Part shown: positions 24,566 through 38,761 of the stretch, piece by piece
Position numbering within the stretch: the stretch's first letter is position 1
How the letters are laid out: each line of letters starts with the position of its first letter
DNA from: Xylographa opegraphella
Taxonomy: Eukaryota
Assembly: GCA_022813865.1 (NCBI GenBank)
Contig: JALDZX010000062.1
Coordinates: forward strand, 62,001 to 120,386
Direction of reading: 5' to 3'
Length of the DNA stretch: 58,386 bases
Notes under the pieces: generated by a model
Told to the model about the DNA's origin: nothing
The model's database searches: none
Seen by the model: only the letters and a program-made list of their open reading frames with translations
Made by a program: the position numbers and the translations under genes

Positions 24566-25295
24566 TCAATCACACCCCCCTTCCCGCCACCCCGTCCGCC
24601 ACCGCTCCTCCCACCTCCGACAGTCAAACACCTCCTTCCCCAGCTTCCGATTAACCTCATTATGCGCCTCGCACATCCACCGGCCCAGGCCCTCCCGCCC
24701 CTCCACGCGCGGCTCGTTGCCCGCCCGCGCCATCCACGACCGGAAATCGTCCGCGCACACCCAGCACGGGTAGAGCTTCGCGAACAGGCCCAGGAACTGC
24801 GTCATCTCCGACTGCTGCGCCGGCGAGGCGCGCGCCGGGTAGCTGGCCGAGATGCTGTGCAGCAGCGTCCAGCTGTGGTTGCCTAGCTGGGAGACGTCGG
24901 GGGGGCAGTCGGAGCGGGTGGGGGCGTCGTCGTCGGTGGGGGAGGGGTGGATGGTGGAGAAGGGGGGGGTGGGTGCCGAGGCGGGGAGGGGGGCGTGGGT
25001 GCTGGTGGTGGGAGAGGGTGCGTTGGCGGAGCGCATCATGCGTCGCCATTCGGAGGCCGAGGTGCAGGAGCGGCAGCTGGAGGGGGTGGGCGTGTTAGCG
25101 GCTTGTAGCTCGGCGGGGGAGGGAGGCGTGGAAGGAGAGGGGGGAGGGTTACGGTTTGCCATCTTTGCCGAGGACGACGCCTTTGGGGAGCTTCTTGGGC
25201 TCTTCTTCGGCATGAGGGTCTGCTGTGTCGGAGGGGGAGGTTTGTAGGTTGAGAGAAGAGGGGCTCTTGAGGTGCTGGGCAAAGAACTTGTCCAT
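24566..25295 (-). CDS. ERV1: Mitochondrial IMS FAD sulfhydryl oxidase Erv1/ALR
   Basis: GKDGKP|CRSC shuttle motif across intron 25077-25152, DCPPDVSQLG..SWTLLH, YPCWVCADDF, WMCEAHNEVNRKLGK..FDC and ERWRTGW..GCD. The start codon is uncertain. Confidence 0.93.
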
Positions 25296-25739
25296 GGTGG
25301 AGAGGGGCGCATCGTGAGGAGGATGGATGGGTTGAGGATTGAAAAACTGGTGCAGGGGTGGGAGAGCTTGACTAATGCGGTCGGAGCGGGATGTCCCGCT
25401 GTGCGAGGATGAGGTATGATGGCCACGTGACACGACAGCGACAACTTGAAGTTTCTACCTTGTGCAGAGTTCATTATTAGCTACCTGATGTTGATACCGA
25501 AACACAATTATATCATGACATACCCGAAGACAACAGCCAACCCACATAGCAATGCTATCCAGCAGCAATACTAACAGATGATCGCCTGCTTGTGTCCCCA
25601 GATACAAATACACGGACTTGCACTTCCAAATACCAAATACCAAAATACTCTGCCCAAGCATGATCCAAGGCTACCGATACAACTGAGATCGCACCTAAGC
25701 CGAGATAGCGGAAAGCGTATCTCATGCTATGGTGCTACG

Positions 25740-27085
25740 CTATGCCATTAATTCTCTTCGGTCATACTTCCGGTAACACCAGGTAGTTTCGTGGAGTACG
25801 TCCCATACCGCCAATGATATCTCCATTTCGTAAAATAATTCTGCAGACCTTACTCTGTCCAAGTGATCCTTCGAGCAGTTCGCATAAAGTCCTTGTTACC
25901 GACGGACAATCGTGCGCTGGGTTTCCTCTGGTGCAGTTTTAAGTTGATGGAAATGGTAACGAACGCACTGTATGGAGTGGTCCCTGGACTGTTCACGGTC
26001 AAACGTTTCCCATCTATAATATCGACAGTGGTTAGAGGGATAAGTATGAAGCTTGAGAAGCACTCAGCTGACCGAGTATTGAAGGCTTGAGTACGATACT
26101 TGTCTGCATAGACTTAGGTGTGGTGGCGCTATAAGTTGGTTCTGCTTTTATGCTATTCATGGCGCCATTTTCTTTTGGCATTGGCGATGAGCGTATGCTC
26201 GATCCTACTGCTTCGCTTCTCATTCTCCCTACAATATACTCGTGAAGCATAGCCACAGAGAAACAAGGCGTCGAGCTGACATGTTCCAGCACGTCGATCA
26301 GGGAGTGAGTGAAGGAGTACCTGTCGATTGTGGGAATCGACACCGGCTGATTAGTTGCAGCAATGACTTCCGTCGTGCCTTTACCCTCAGTTTCCGCTAT
26401 TAGTCGAGGGTCAAAGCAATCCAGCAATATTAGGATATCGGCATCTGTGTGTCTAAATAGTTTTCGTGCGTTTGACCAATTGAGTGCAGGTGAGTTAGGT
26501 CTCTCGTGGCTATTGGAGACTATTAACTCCGTTTTATTGCGTATGAAGTAACTTTACTGACCAACACCACCTGCATGCGCCAATCGACTGGTCATATTCA
26601 CTATAACCAGCATAATATATGATACGTAAGAAGTCTTCGATTTTCGGCTCGTCCTTCTTGTTGCTGATAGTCCTGGCGTCAGGGATGTCCTTTGGGTGAA
26701 TGGTTTCACAGAACGTTCTGATCTTATGACTTAGCCAGAACTGAGGGTTTTCGCGAGGTATTGAAAATATCTCGACCCTGAAATGGTATTGGTCCTCCAA
26801 GATTCTCTGCAATTCCTCAATTTCTGTATTGTATTCCATTTCAGCGCCTTCCCACCTTAGGAGTAAGACATCAACGCCTCTGTATCGACGTGGTGCGGAG
26901 TTCGGGTACGCCGCTGCAACAGCCTTGACGTATTGTTCCTCGAAATTTTTGATATGCATGGCGTTCGGACTTATGCTAGGCTGGTGATGGGCAGGACTTT
27001 GGAAGTGGGCTTCATGGAGAAGAGGTCTTGATCTTGAGGAAGTTGGCTTCTTTATATGTGGCGTTCGACCACCAAGCAAGATCAT
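25740..27085 (-). CDS. Fungal caspase/peptidase-C14-like fold protein, possibly inactive or degenerate at the 3' end
   Basis: Y..VDVLLLRWE, LRIIYYAGYS, (intron) PALNWS, DILILLDCF, EVIAA, SFTHSLI and FSVAMLH, plus a distal ISLAVWDVL block. The 3' exon structure could not be resolved cleanly. Confidence 0.55.
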
Positions 27086-27273
27086 TCATCAGCGAACTCC
27101 TCCAGCTGTGAAGGTCATGCTTGACTATGAATACTTAGACTGTGCCATTCACAGCCCGGGATGGATAGATCATTCATACAGCAGCCACTTCGAGCCGCCA
27201 TTGACTTTGATAAGCCTGTGGTATATACGATTCTCGTTCCTCACAGCCGCCTAGAAACCCGATGTAGAATCCT

Positions 27274-27315
27274 GGAAGACTTCCAACGAGGAACGGAAGA
27301 CTTCCAACGAAGTAC
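27274..27315. repeat. 21-bp tandem duplication GGAAGACTTCCAACGA(G/A)G(A/T)AC
   Basis: Two copies with two mismatches, each containing the palindrome GGAAG-A-CTTCC. Confidence 0.9.
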
Positions 27316-27489
27316 GGCAGTGTCCAACAAAGGCGGAAAAGGGGGTGTCCTAGCCGAACGATCCCTGGGGCTCCCGAGCCCTAAGCGTCATCGACCCTAA
27401 ATTTATTACCACCCTAACTCCCTCCCCTCCACAATCCATATATCCACCTCCACCTCCCCCTCCACCCTTCCCACCAACATCCACCCACA

Positions 27490-28551
27490 ATGACCTCTCC
27501 TCCCACCCCCTCCTCCCCCCCTCCGCCCCCCCTCCTCCTCCTGCTCAAAACCCGCAACACCCCCACCGACGCCTACGCCACATACTTCTCCACCGCCCCC
27601 TTACCCCTCACGCGGCTGCAACCGATCTTCATCCCCGTCCTGCAATACACCATCCACGCCGCCTCGCTCGCCCACCTGCGCGCGCTCCTCTCCCTCCCGG
27701 CCCACGCCTTCCCCTACGGCGGACTGATCTGCACCTCCCAGCGCGCGGTCGAAGCCCTCGGGCAGGTCCTCGACGAGCTCTCCCCGGCCGCCGCGGGGGA
27801 AGACTCGCCCCCCAGCCACGAAGAGTCCGGAACCATCAAGAGCCAGAATCCCACCCCGCCGCCCACCGCCCACTCGCTCGCCATCCCCCTCTACACCGTC
27901 GGCCCCGCCACCGCGCGCGCCCTGTCGGCGCTACAGCAGCGCCACCTCCCGCGCAGCAGCGTGCACGGCGACGACACGGGCAACGGCGCCAAGCTCGCAG
28001 CGCACATCCTCACACACTACGCCGTCACGCCCCCCACAGCCACGAGCACCTCGCCCGTCGCGCCCGCGGCGCTCACCACCAGCAACGGCGTCGGCCTCGA
28101 CGCGGCGCGCGCGCCGCTGCTATTCCTCGTCGGCGAGCAGCGGCGGGACGTGATCCCGGCGACGCTGGGGGCGCGGGGGCTGGAGCCCGGGCGGCGGGTG
28201 AGGGTGGAGGAGCTGGAGGTGTATGCGACGCGGGTGGTGGAGGGGTTTGGGGCCTCGTTTGAGGGGTGGTTGGGGGGGGAGGGGAGGGGCCCCGTGTGGG
28301 TGGCTGTGTTCTCGCCCGCCGGGTGCGCGGAGATGGTGAAGGTGCTGCGGGGGACGGAAAGGGTTCGTGGTGCGGGAGGGAGGGAGGTCTATGTGGCGAG
28401 CATTGGACCGACGACGCGGGATTACTTGCTGGAGGAGTTCGGCTTCCGGGTGGATGTCTGTGCGGAAAGACCGAGTCCGGAGGGGCTGGCGGAAGGCATC
28501 GCGCGGTTCATGAGGGAGAGGGAGAGGGAGGAGGGAGATTGGATACGGTAG
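27490..28551 (+). CDS. HEM4: Uroporphyrinogen-III synthase
   Basis: Intronless 353 aa ORF: LLLKT...D.Y, YGGLICTSQRAVEAL, YTVGPATARAL, GNGAKLA, LLFLVGEQRRDVIP, LEVYAT, VFSPAG, ASIGPTTRDYL and PSPEGL. Confidence 0.92.
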   Translation: MTSPPTPSSPPPPPLLLLLKTRNTPTDAYATYFSTAPLPLTRLQPIFIPVLQYTIHAASLAHLRALLSLPAHAFPYGGLICTSQRAVEALGQVLDELSPAAAGEDSPPSHEESGTIKSQNPTPPPTAHSLAIPLYTVGPATARALSALQQRHLPRSSVHGDDTGNGAKLAAHILTHYAVTPPTATSTSPVAPAALTTSNGVGLDAARAPLLFLVGEQRRDVIPATLGARGLEPGRRVRVEELEVYATRVVEGFGASFEGWLGGEGRGPVWVAVFSPAGCAEMVKVLRGTERVRGAGGREVYVASIGPTTRDYLLEEFGFRVDVCAERPSPEGLAEGIARFMREREREEGDWIR

Positions 28552-28584
28552 CGATGGGGAGCGAGGCACTGTGGTCTGAAGTCA

Positions 28585-30197
<1,613 letters not shown>

Positions 30198-31748
30198 GGT
30201 TGTGTTTGATGAATATTCGAGGGAGGAGAGAAGGTGGATAGTCGGGGACGCTTGGCTGCTCAGCGCTAATGCCGTCAGGCCTCTGTGAGTCTCAGTTTCT
30301 CTTCCTTGAGGATCGTAGGAAAGCTCGTCTGGATCAAAGGGGGAATGGTCACGAAGACGTAGCAATGTCGCTCCGGGCGCGGTACGTGATTAGAGTGTCT
30401 AGTTAGTGTAAATGTCTTTGTCCGCTCAGCTGAATACAGAAAATCTTCGGATATTGTTTGTTCTTCAGGGAGTAATGTGAGGGATCGATCACGGAGAAGT
30501 AGGACAGATACGCTATTGACCAAGTCAGTAACAATCCCCTTCGACGTGTGAATTTGTTGGGTAGAGCAGCAATCTCCGCAGTGAGTGAGATCCAACGGCT
30601 CTCAGCCCCGCGGGGCGTGTACCTGCGTTGGGACAATGGTCTAGGGCTGGGAGGAGCAAGGAACCCACCAGATTAAGAAGCAGCTTGTACGTCAAGCGTT
30701 GACTCAAGTACCAGCGAGTCAAGAAGATGCAAGAGAGCAGAGAGTATTACTGCGAAGCGCCGTCGAGAGCAGGTGCGGTGAAAGTGCAATGTGTGCAGTC
30801 GGCGTCTAGCTTTGCTCCTTGGGAGTCGGGTGGCGGGCGTCTATCGAATACGATGGGCTGATTGGGTGAGCGAGGAGGGGAACTCGAGACGGAGCGTCTT
30901 GGGCATGAGAAAGGGCCACTTCGCTGGGCGAGCACTTGTTTTATACAATCACTCATTGCAGAGCCGGCATCACCACGGTCGCAGGGGCGCAGACAGCCGT
31001 TGGTAGACAACAGTTGTCAATGCGATGCGTCCTGAACATCGTGCTGGAGCCCGCGTGCCAACCCTCACGTTAGATGTGTGTACCGGTTGGATCCACCGTC
31101 CACAATGTTTGACTCCCTACAGTTGGCTTGCAGAACAGCTGTGTCATCAGCACGCGAGCGGCAATTGCCCATACAAGTTTAAGCATGGAGCGAAGCCTGG
31201 CTGGCTCGCGACCGACTGGAGACGAAGAGGCCATTGGGCGACTCCGTTGTCCAGCTGGTCCTGACAATGATGAAGCTGCATCTGCCGTCGAGTTTCTCAT
31301 CGTCTTACGTCCCAGGCACCGCCGGTCGAAGCAGCCAAATATAAGCTTGAAATCTGATGCGTAGCGCTCTGCCCTATGTTGATGCTTGAAATCTGGAATC
31401 GCGGCCGACGGAGGTCAAGGTAGGGAAAGCTTTGAGTTATTCCTATTGTTGGCTCTACGAAGGTCGTGTCTGGCTGCAACTGAGACTCTGTTTCGGTCCT
31501 CGCCGTGAAAGACCCGCCCTTCCCACTCGCCATAGGGGCGCAGTCGGAGGCTCCACCACCGGCGATAGAACTGGCAAAAGGGCAAAGAAAGCCAACGAAG
31601 ACTAGCACTGGCTCCTTTCACATCCAGCCTCCTGCCAACAAAGCCAATACACCGTCATTCTGCCTCCCTCCGCTTATTAATCTTACATTCTACTGAACGA
31701 CCTGCGTCACTCGTTAGCTTTACCAGCTCGGGAGCGATACGGCGTGCA

Positions 31749-34695
31749 CTAGGATTGCGCTACCTTTTCTCTCATCATCCCGAGCCATTGCTTGAGGCTG
31801 GCGCCTTGGTCGGCGCGATCTTCAACCAGCATTGTCTGAGCCCAGAGTCGCAGGCCCGGCTCGCCATCTTCACGAACCACGTAGAGATGTGGGACTACGA
31901 TGCTGCCTACGCCTCTCGATCGATGATCCCGAGCTTTCTCAATCACCGCTCGTACTCTTTCGTTGAAGTCGTTTTCCAGAACCGGTATGGTTTGCTTTCC
32001 GACCTTGAGTTGTAGCCTGTCCGGCACTCCAAAAACATCTTCGACTAATTGTGGAACAGCCTCGCGACCGACCCATAGGAACTGAGTCTGTCCATCGTCA
32101 ATGAGGTAGAGACCATAAGGCACTAAGCTGGCGGAAGAAGCTGCAATTGTGGGTGGCATCATTATTTCTCCAGACGCCTCATCTGACAAGCCAGCATTGT
32201 CTGGCATATCATGTAGCGAATACATCCTCGGGTATATGAACTGTAGCAAAAGTGGAAGTGGCAGTGTCGAAAGTAGACACAGTGCTGCTGAGCGCATATC
32301 GCTTGGGATTTGTGCGGATTTCCTTATACCGATCTGCTCCAATTAGCGTTACAGCTTCGGAACAATGTTCGAACGTGATTGAAACTCACATTCTTGGTCA
32401 AACCGAGGAAGAAAATCGGGAGGCATCTCAGATTGGCGGGAAACTGGAGGCCTCCGCCACCCATGTTCCCTCCTGCCAGCTCCTTTCGATATGTCTGCAT
32501 GATCTCGACCAGTTTGCTTTGCAACGCATCACGAGCAGCCTCGAGGCCACTCCCCAACGAACGCTCGACCGCCTTATGACTGAAGTAGGCGGTGATTGCG
32601 CCTTGATCGGCGGAGGCGTAAACATCTGCAAGAGTCTGCGTTGTCGGTAAAGCCAGGGTCATAACCCTGATTCTTCGCTCGCCGTTGCAAGTGGTGTGTA
32701 GTACAGCTGCCTGCAGACAGACAACACCTTTTGTGAGTGATTCGTCGATTGCAACTTCGACCACATAACTCTGGTCTCGAGGGAAAGCCGGAAATGCGCA
32801 AAGATCTGAAGATCGGTTGAAGAAGTTTCCGTAGAAACTGCTCATACGAAGACCCGTAGTGGCCCTCACTCGAAGAACGGCTTCGAGTGCAATTTCAGAT
32901 GAGAGGTAGTCGGAAAATTCTCGCGCGAATTTGATGGCATCTTCGCTGCGCGCAGCATTCCAGCCTGGGTAGAAATAGGTTTGACCACCGGTATACCGCG
33001 GTAAATTGCTCAACGACGCAACGTCCTGGTACTGCGAAGAGAACAAGAACATGTCGATTGAAACTTGGTTTTTCGAGCACTCCACTGCGAAACTCTTGTA
33101 GAAGCTGTTGGCGGTTTGTAATAGTGAATTTTCTTTGTTGGTCCCAAGTATCTTCTTGTCCTCCCTCATCTCCAGTTTCCCATGCCCCAAGTTGGGCAGT
33201 GTGGCAGTCAAGACTGTGATTTTCCCCCCAAGAGGCGCAATAAGCTTATGCCCTGCGCGCAACGCAGCACCCATACAAGATCCCGCATTTTGGGTATTTT
33301 GGAACATCTCCTGAAGTTTCCCAAGGAAATTTTCAATATTTTCGCGACACTCAGATAGATTCACAAGCAGATCTCCAGGGGTGGGTAGGAACGGTTCGTC
33401 CAAGTCACTGACCACAAGCATACTCGTATCCGTGACTTCTGTATTATCTCGGGGAACGTTAAAGTAATATAGACTTGAATCGACGGCCATGAATCCAACG
33501 CGAGTTCTTCGATCCGCATTGGGTATCCTGTCCAGACTCTCGAGGATGCAACGAGCGCTCGTCGCCAGTAGTCCACTTGTAACGGAATTGTAGCTAACAT
33601 CGAACAAAAATAAATAGACCAGCGGCTGAGGTGGACGAACCATATACTCCTGTGGTGCAATAAATTCACAAACTGCATAATTAAGCTCTGGCCGTTTCCA
33701 ACGATCGGTTTGCTTCTGTGTTGAAGCATCCCAATCAAAGGCTTGAGGAACCTCGTTGGTAAGGTTACACATATTGCAACGCCATCGATGACCTTGATCG
33801 AGGAAAGTTGCAAACGGATTGATATATGTTCGGCATCGTCTACACCTCGCGATGATTTGATCGGGGACCACAGGCACAGGGTCCTCCACATCGTGCAGTG
33901 AGCTGTATGGTTGTATAACGAGGGCGAACGGGAGGCGGGATTTCTTGAGCAGTGAGTGAGTAGTCGGAACGGCATTCAGCGTCGATCGGACATATTTGGG
34001 AGGGCAATTCGCGTTTGGTGAAGGGGTGACTGCAGACTGTGAAGTGTCAGTCTAATGTTACGCATATACCATTCCTCTGCGTTGTGGCTTACGTTTGGGG
34101 GCAGAACAATCGGAGGGGGCGGTAAGTCGAGTTCTGCTACATTAAAAGGCTGATTGAGCATATCTGTCGGATACAGTTGATTCAAATGCGGCCTCTGTTG
34201 GGCTTGCCCTTGTCCCTGCTGAGGCTGTCCACTGATTCCCATATTGCCCATGCCCTGAGTTATACCTCCCATAGCTGAAGGAGCTCCTTGTGCAGGATAA
34301 CCGGCATCTGGGGGCTGATAACCTCCTACTGGTGGAGCTGGCTGGCCATAACTGGGTTGACCAACCGCTGCTGGCGCGGCAAATTCTCCCCCATAGGAAG
34401 GTTGTTGATAGCTTGCTTGCTCCACTTGGGGGTTATAGCCCTCGTATCCGACCCCAGGCGGAGACGAAAATGAACCCCCTCCTTGCTGCTGCCCACCTAG
34501 AGTCGAATTCGCTCCTGCTCCAAAGTCATATGCCTGTCCAGCATACTGTCGTTTCCGTCGCCCAGCAGCAGTAGTCGCTTGAGCGCCATCTGCATTGGGG
34601 GGGGAAGCCGCTCCGTCATAACCTGGGTGGATCCCATTGTTCATGTCTTGGGGGTTCGCATAACCTTGAGGAGGATATCCGGGTTGCTGGGCCAT
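31749..34695 (-). CDS. SEC24: COPII coat subunit Sec24
   Basis: P/Q/G-rich N-terminus, zinc finger [18 protein letters not shown], trunk domain [16 protein letters not shown] and gelsolin-like YLIDDGQ. Two introns. Confidence 0.96.
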
Positions 34696-35428
34696 CTCTG
34701 AGACGCCGAATAAGCTGGCTATCTCCTCACAATGTATGAAGCTTGTCTTCGAGGTCAGGTAAGGCGAGTCCTGCGATTGGGGTTCAAATGGACTGCGACT
34801 AAGACAGCTAAGCAGTAAGCACAGTTGGGCTTGGAGATCAGATCATGATACGGAATCCGGTACCAAGCTTTTACAGGCGTGAATATTCGTCGAATATCTT
34901 GAAGTACTGAAGAAGTAGTGGAGACGTAGCTTGTTCAAACCGTTAAGTGCATGGTGGCATCTCTCGCTTAGTGCCGGAATAAAACCTCTAGGCAAGTCGT
35001 TGGTGTGCTCTGTAGATACCGTATGTAATGGGAGTTGTCCGCCGCCATTATCCCATTCACACGTCTGTAGTTGACGATATCCAGATTGGAGTTCCTTCGC
35101 TATTTCTTTGGTCAAACTCTATGGTTCGGTCGTCTTCGAAATATGTATCTGCATCGCTGGTCTATCCATCGGTACATATAGATCCCTCCGCTCCGGGTAC
35201 AACCATCAGATGAGCTCTGGTAGCCGAAATCGAAATCAATGTATTAACCAGTGCATGTATGATATTTGAGCCTTCCGCTGCCATTCAGTTGATCAGTGTC
35301 TCTTCGTAACCTCCAGATCCTATCGCAGCTGATATGCTGCAATGGGTCGGTGGGCTGACACTCGCATTGACCTTCCCGTTATTGCTAGCTGTCCCGAATA
35401 CGAAAAGTTGGATGGAGAGCAGACCAAT

Positions 35429-35571
35429 TGTGTACTCTACTCTGCTTTTTGTGTACTCTACTCTGCTTTTTGTGTACTCTACCCTGCTTTTTGTGTACTC
35501 TACTCTGCTTTTTGTGTACTCTACTCTGTTTTTTGTGTACTCTACTCTGCTTTTTGTGTACTCTACTCTGC
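35429..35571. repeat. Minisatellite (TGTGTACTCTACTCTGCTTTT) x about 6.8
   Basis: Units start at 35429, 35450, 35471, 35492, 35513, 35534 and 35555 (last one partial). Copies 3 and 5 each carry one substitution. Confidence 0.97.
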
Positions 35572-36173
35572 CTCCAATGGAAATGGCACTGCTTCCGCTC
35601 ATAGCCTGGCAAGCAATGATAGTCAATACACCGTCACCGAAGGCGCTGGCATATGTTGCGGGAAGTTTGATGAATCCGATTCTATGGTGGATCTAGGTGC
35701 TTGAATTAGGTGCTTGAATATAGGCTGGACATTATGGGGAGGCATGTAGAAGATAGGAAAGACGGCTGAAGCACTACACTTTGATATGCAGATGATTCGG
35801 AAAGCTTGAGACATGTCTAGTGTTCTCGTTGATCAAAATGCTGACTAGGCATCGACTTACAAGTATGTATGAGTGCCGAGGTAGGTGAACCACAATAGAA
35901 CATTGGTATATTCGGACTACTGTCAAACATTGATGTGCTCGGATCATCGCAATCAACTGTAAGCTAAAATGCGTTAGGATGTGCTTAACAGACCAAGAAG
36001 GTCTGAAGCTAATGGACAAAATGCTTTTTCAAAAATCCCACAGGTTGTTCGTCTAGCACCATTCTAACACGACCGAGTTTCATAGGGATTTCCAGAGAGA
36101 ATTCTAGTATACGAAAACGCCACCCAATGCTCACTAGTCCCTCATGCCATGCCCGTCATCCTTTCCTATCATC

Positions 36174-38522
36174 CTAGCCATCATAAGCAAATCGACCTAG
36201 GTTGAGCTTTGGCTTGGGTGTATCAAAAGATTCCACTTTCAATTGCCCATCGAGTTCATCCTCGGAATTGGCAACGAGAAGGTCCTCGCTTCCCCTCACC
36301 GGCACGACAAGCATATCAGGAGACTGCGGTACATCATATTGCGCTCTGTCCACACTTGAGTCCGCTCGGCAAGGAGTGGTCGAAATACTTGGTACAATGT
36401 TCTCAGATTGGGAATGCGAGCGAGTTAAAGCACTGTTCCCGAGTCGCTGTAATGCAGTTGTACTTTTCCGTTGATTTAGTAGCGGTCGATGGTCGTCCCT
36501 TTTTGCAGATGGGATCTTCATCTTTGAATTTGTCAGGAACGTGTACTGTTTCCGTACGTGTGAATTCGACGAGTCTTGAGCTAATGTTGTGAAGCGTTGT
36601 CTATCTGTCCTTGCTTGACTCTTCGCAGTGGTAGATAACGAGTCATTAACACGACAACTGATAACTGAAGTTGTGGAAGAAGGGGTTATAGCCGAACATG
36701 TCAGTGCGCTACTCCCCAACTGTGGTGATTGTGTGGTTTTGACGTCAAGTATTCCATCTGTCGGTGGAATATCCTTCTCGGGGTCTTGGCACTCGTTGTA
36801 GACGGCAATTCTTGGACCTTTCATCCGTGTCTCATTGTCCTCTCGTACGTCTGGCAATCCTAGCATCACCTCGTCTATCGAATCATCGGACCAGATGTTG
36901 ACAGTCATAGACTTCAGCCTGTTTTTCCCGGTACACTTAATCGATGGACTGTGATCCTGTATCGAGGAGGAGAAAAATCGACTTCGACCAACTTCAACAT
37001 TGGCGCTACTGAGTGGTGGTAAGGTTTCATCGGTGGGTGAAATATCTTCACAAAGCCGTTGCCGCTTTGGGGGATGCGGTACAGAAGTTGATGCCTTGGC
37101 GGTAATTGATGTTCTGTTTCCACTAGCAGATATCAGAGGTCGATAAGAAGCGGGTAAAGAAACAGTGGAGTGAAGCGACGGAGTATGCGGCGGGACAGGA
37201 CTCGTGGAAGATATGCTGGCATGTCGGGCCAACAATCGTTGTTGACTTGGAGATGGTGTGAAGCTGTTTGGATCCAATTCCGCCAAAGGGGTTCTTTGAG
37301 GTTTGAAGAACGAATCTATGGACTTTTTGGGTTTCAAGTCTGAAGGTGTATCGCTAGATTTCCTCCTTGTGGCCGCCCAAGACTTAGATGAGACTGATTT
37401 TGCTTCCGTCCGGACGGTGATCGGCTCTTTCGTCATTGGATGCAGGTCACCACGAGCAACGCCAAGAGCGATATCTGCTTCGACATCTTTTCCGATGAAT
37501 GCAAGGTCTTCAGGCTGTAGTCCAGCTGCCAGTTCCGTTGAAAGTACAAGCTTCTCCTGGTGTGGACAGAAAACCCTCTGATGGAGAAAGGTCAATTCAG
37601 CTCTTCGGAAGTTCTCCAGATATTCGGGAGGTACACGGTATTGGCCGTCCAGCTGTATAATTCGCAGTATCTTCTCGATTGTCCTGTATTTGCGGACCAG
37701 CCGATAAGCAGTCTTTAGACCCATCTTGTTAATGTTTGCGAGATAATCACATCCACTCAAAATTGCCATTTTTCTAAACTCAGAATCAGACCAGCCGACG
37801 AGACTGATTTCTGTGCATGCTGTAAAGTCGGCCCGATTTATCTCTATACAGTCTCCATATTGATCTAGCTTCGTGAGCAGGCGCTTCGCTCCAAAGACTA
37901 ACATATCCGAATCTTCGGAGATAATGCCTTGGATAATGTCTTTTCCTTCCAGATAGACCAACTGGGCGTCCGCTTCATATGGTGCTACAACATATTTGAT
38001 CTTGTGACGTTTCAATTCCTCGATCAACTGTCTCGCCATTTCTGGCGTAACATCAACAGCCTTCTGTAGTTCGAGGTGGGCCTGCGATGGCTTGCCAATC
38101 CTGTACAGCTCGAGTCCGACCCTCTTGCTTTCGGCTCGTTTCTTTGCTCTTGCCACCTCCGTGCTTGCTTTACTTGGCAGGTAATCGCCATCGAAGATTA
38201 TGTATGGCGTTATGCCAAAGTGTATAAGCATTCGAACTCGGTGCATAGCAAAGTCCACAAATCTGAGCCAACGTCAGAGCTGCTATTCATGACTCGTGCT
38301 CCCAGAATACTCCTACTTTGTGGTCGGCTTCTCCAAAGCCAAGTCAATGGCACAAGCCACCGTTCCTCTATGGAGCCAGCCATATGCATCGACTCCAATA
38401 GTAAGCCCCTTGAATTTCTTGAGGTTGCAAGGTTTGTGAATGGATTTAAGTAATGGAAGCAATCCTAGCCACAAATTAGAAAATGAGATCACGGTGACGC
38501 GTAAACTACCAGAGATTCCCAT
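36174..38522 (-). CDS. EXO1: Exonuclease 1 (XPG/Rad2 family)
   Basis: MGISG|LLPLLK, GVDAYGWLHRG, FDGDYLPSK, VAPYEADAQL, SEDSDMLVFG and ILSGCDY, with a long disordered C-terminus containing RSRFF. Two 5' introns. Confidence 0.96.
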
Positions 38523-38755
38523 TGCATGATACTGGCTAGCATCAGCTCGAAGTGGAAAGAGACATTTCAAAACCACTAGACTATTTCTCGATATCAAGTG
38601 CAACAAGCACTGAAAGTAGCCAGGTCCTTTCACAACATGAAGACCTCGCCGCAAGCAAGACCGAAATCTCTGATAGAGTTCCGCTATACAGTACAAGCGA
38701 CACTGGGCGGACAAAGATATCAAAAGTAGCTCAGGTATAGTAAGTGCGTCCAGAA

Positions 38756-38761
38756 ACGCGT
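38756..38761. promoter_or_regulatory. MCB element (ACGCGT) upstream of EXO1
   Basis: ACGCGT lies about 235 bp upstream, with a second copy at 38497-38502 in intron 1. MCB/MBF control of DNA replication and repair genes is established in yeasts. Confidence 0.45.

Noticed and set aside
35429..35571. CRISPR-like array
   Set aside because: Head-to-tail repeats with no spacers, no cas genes, and a eukaryotic context.
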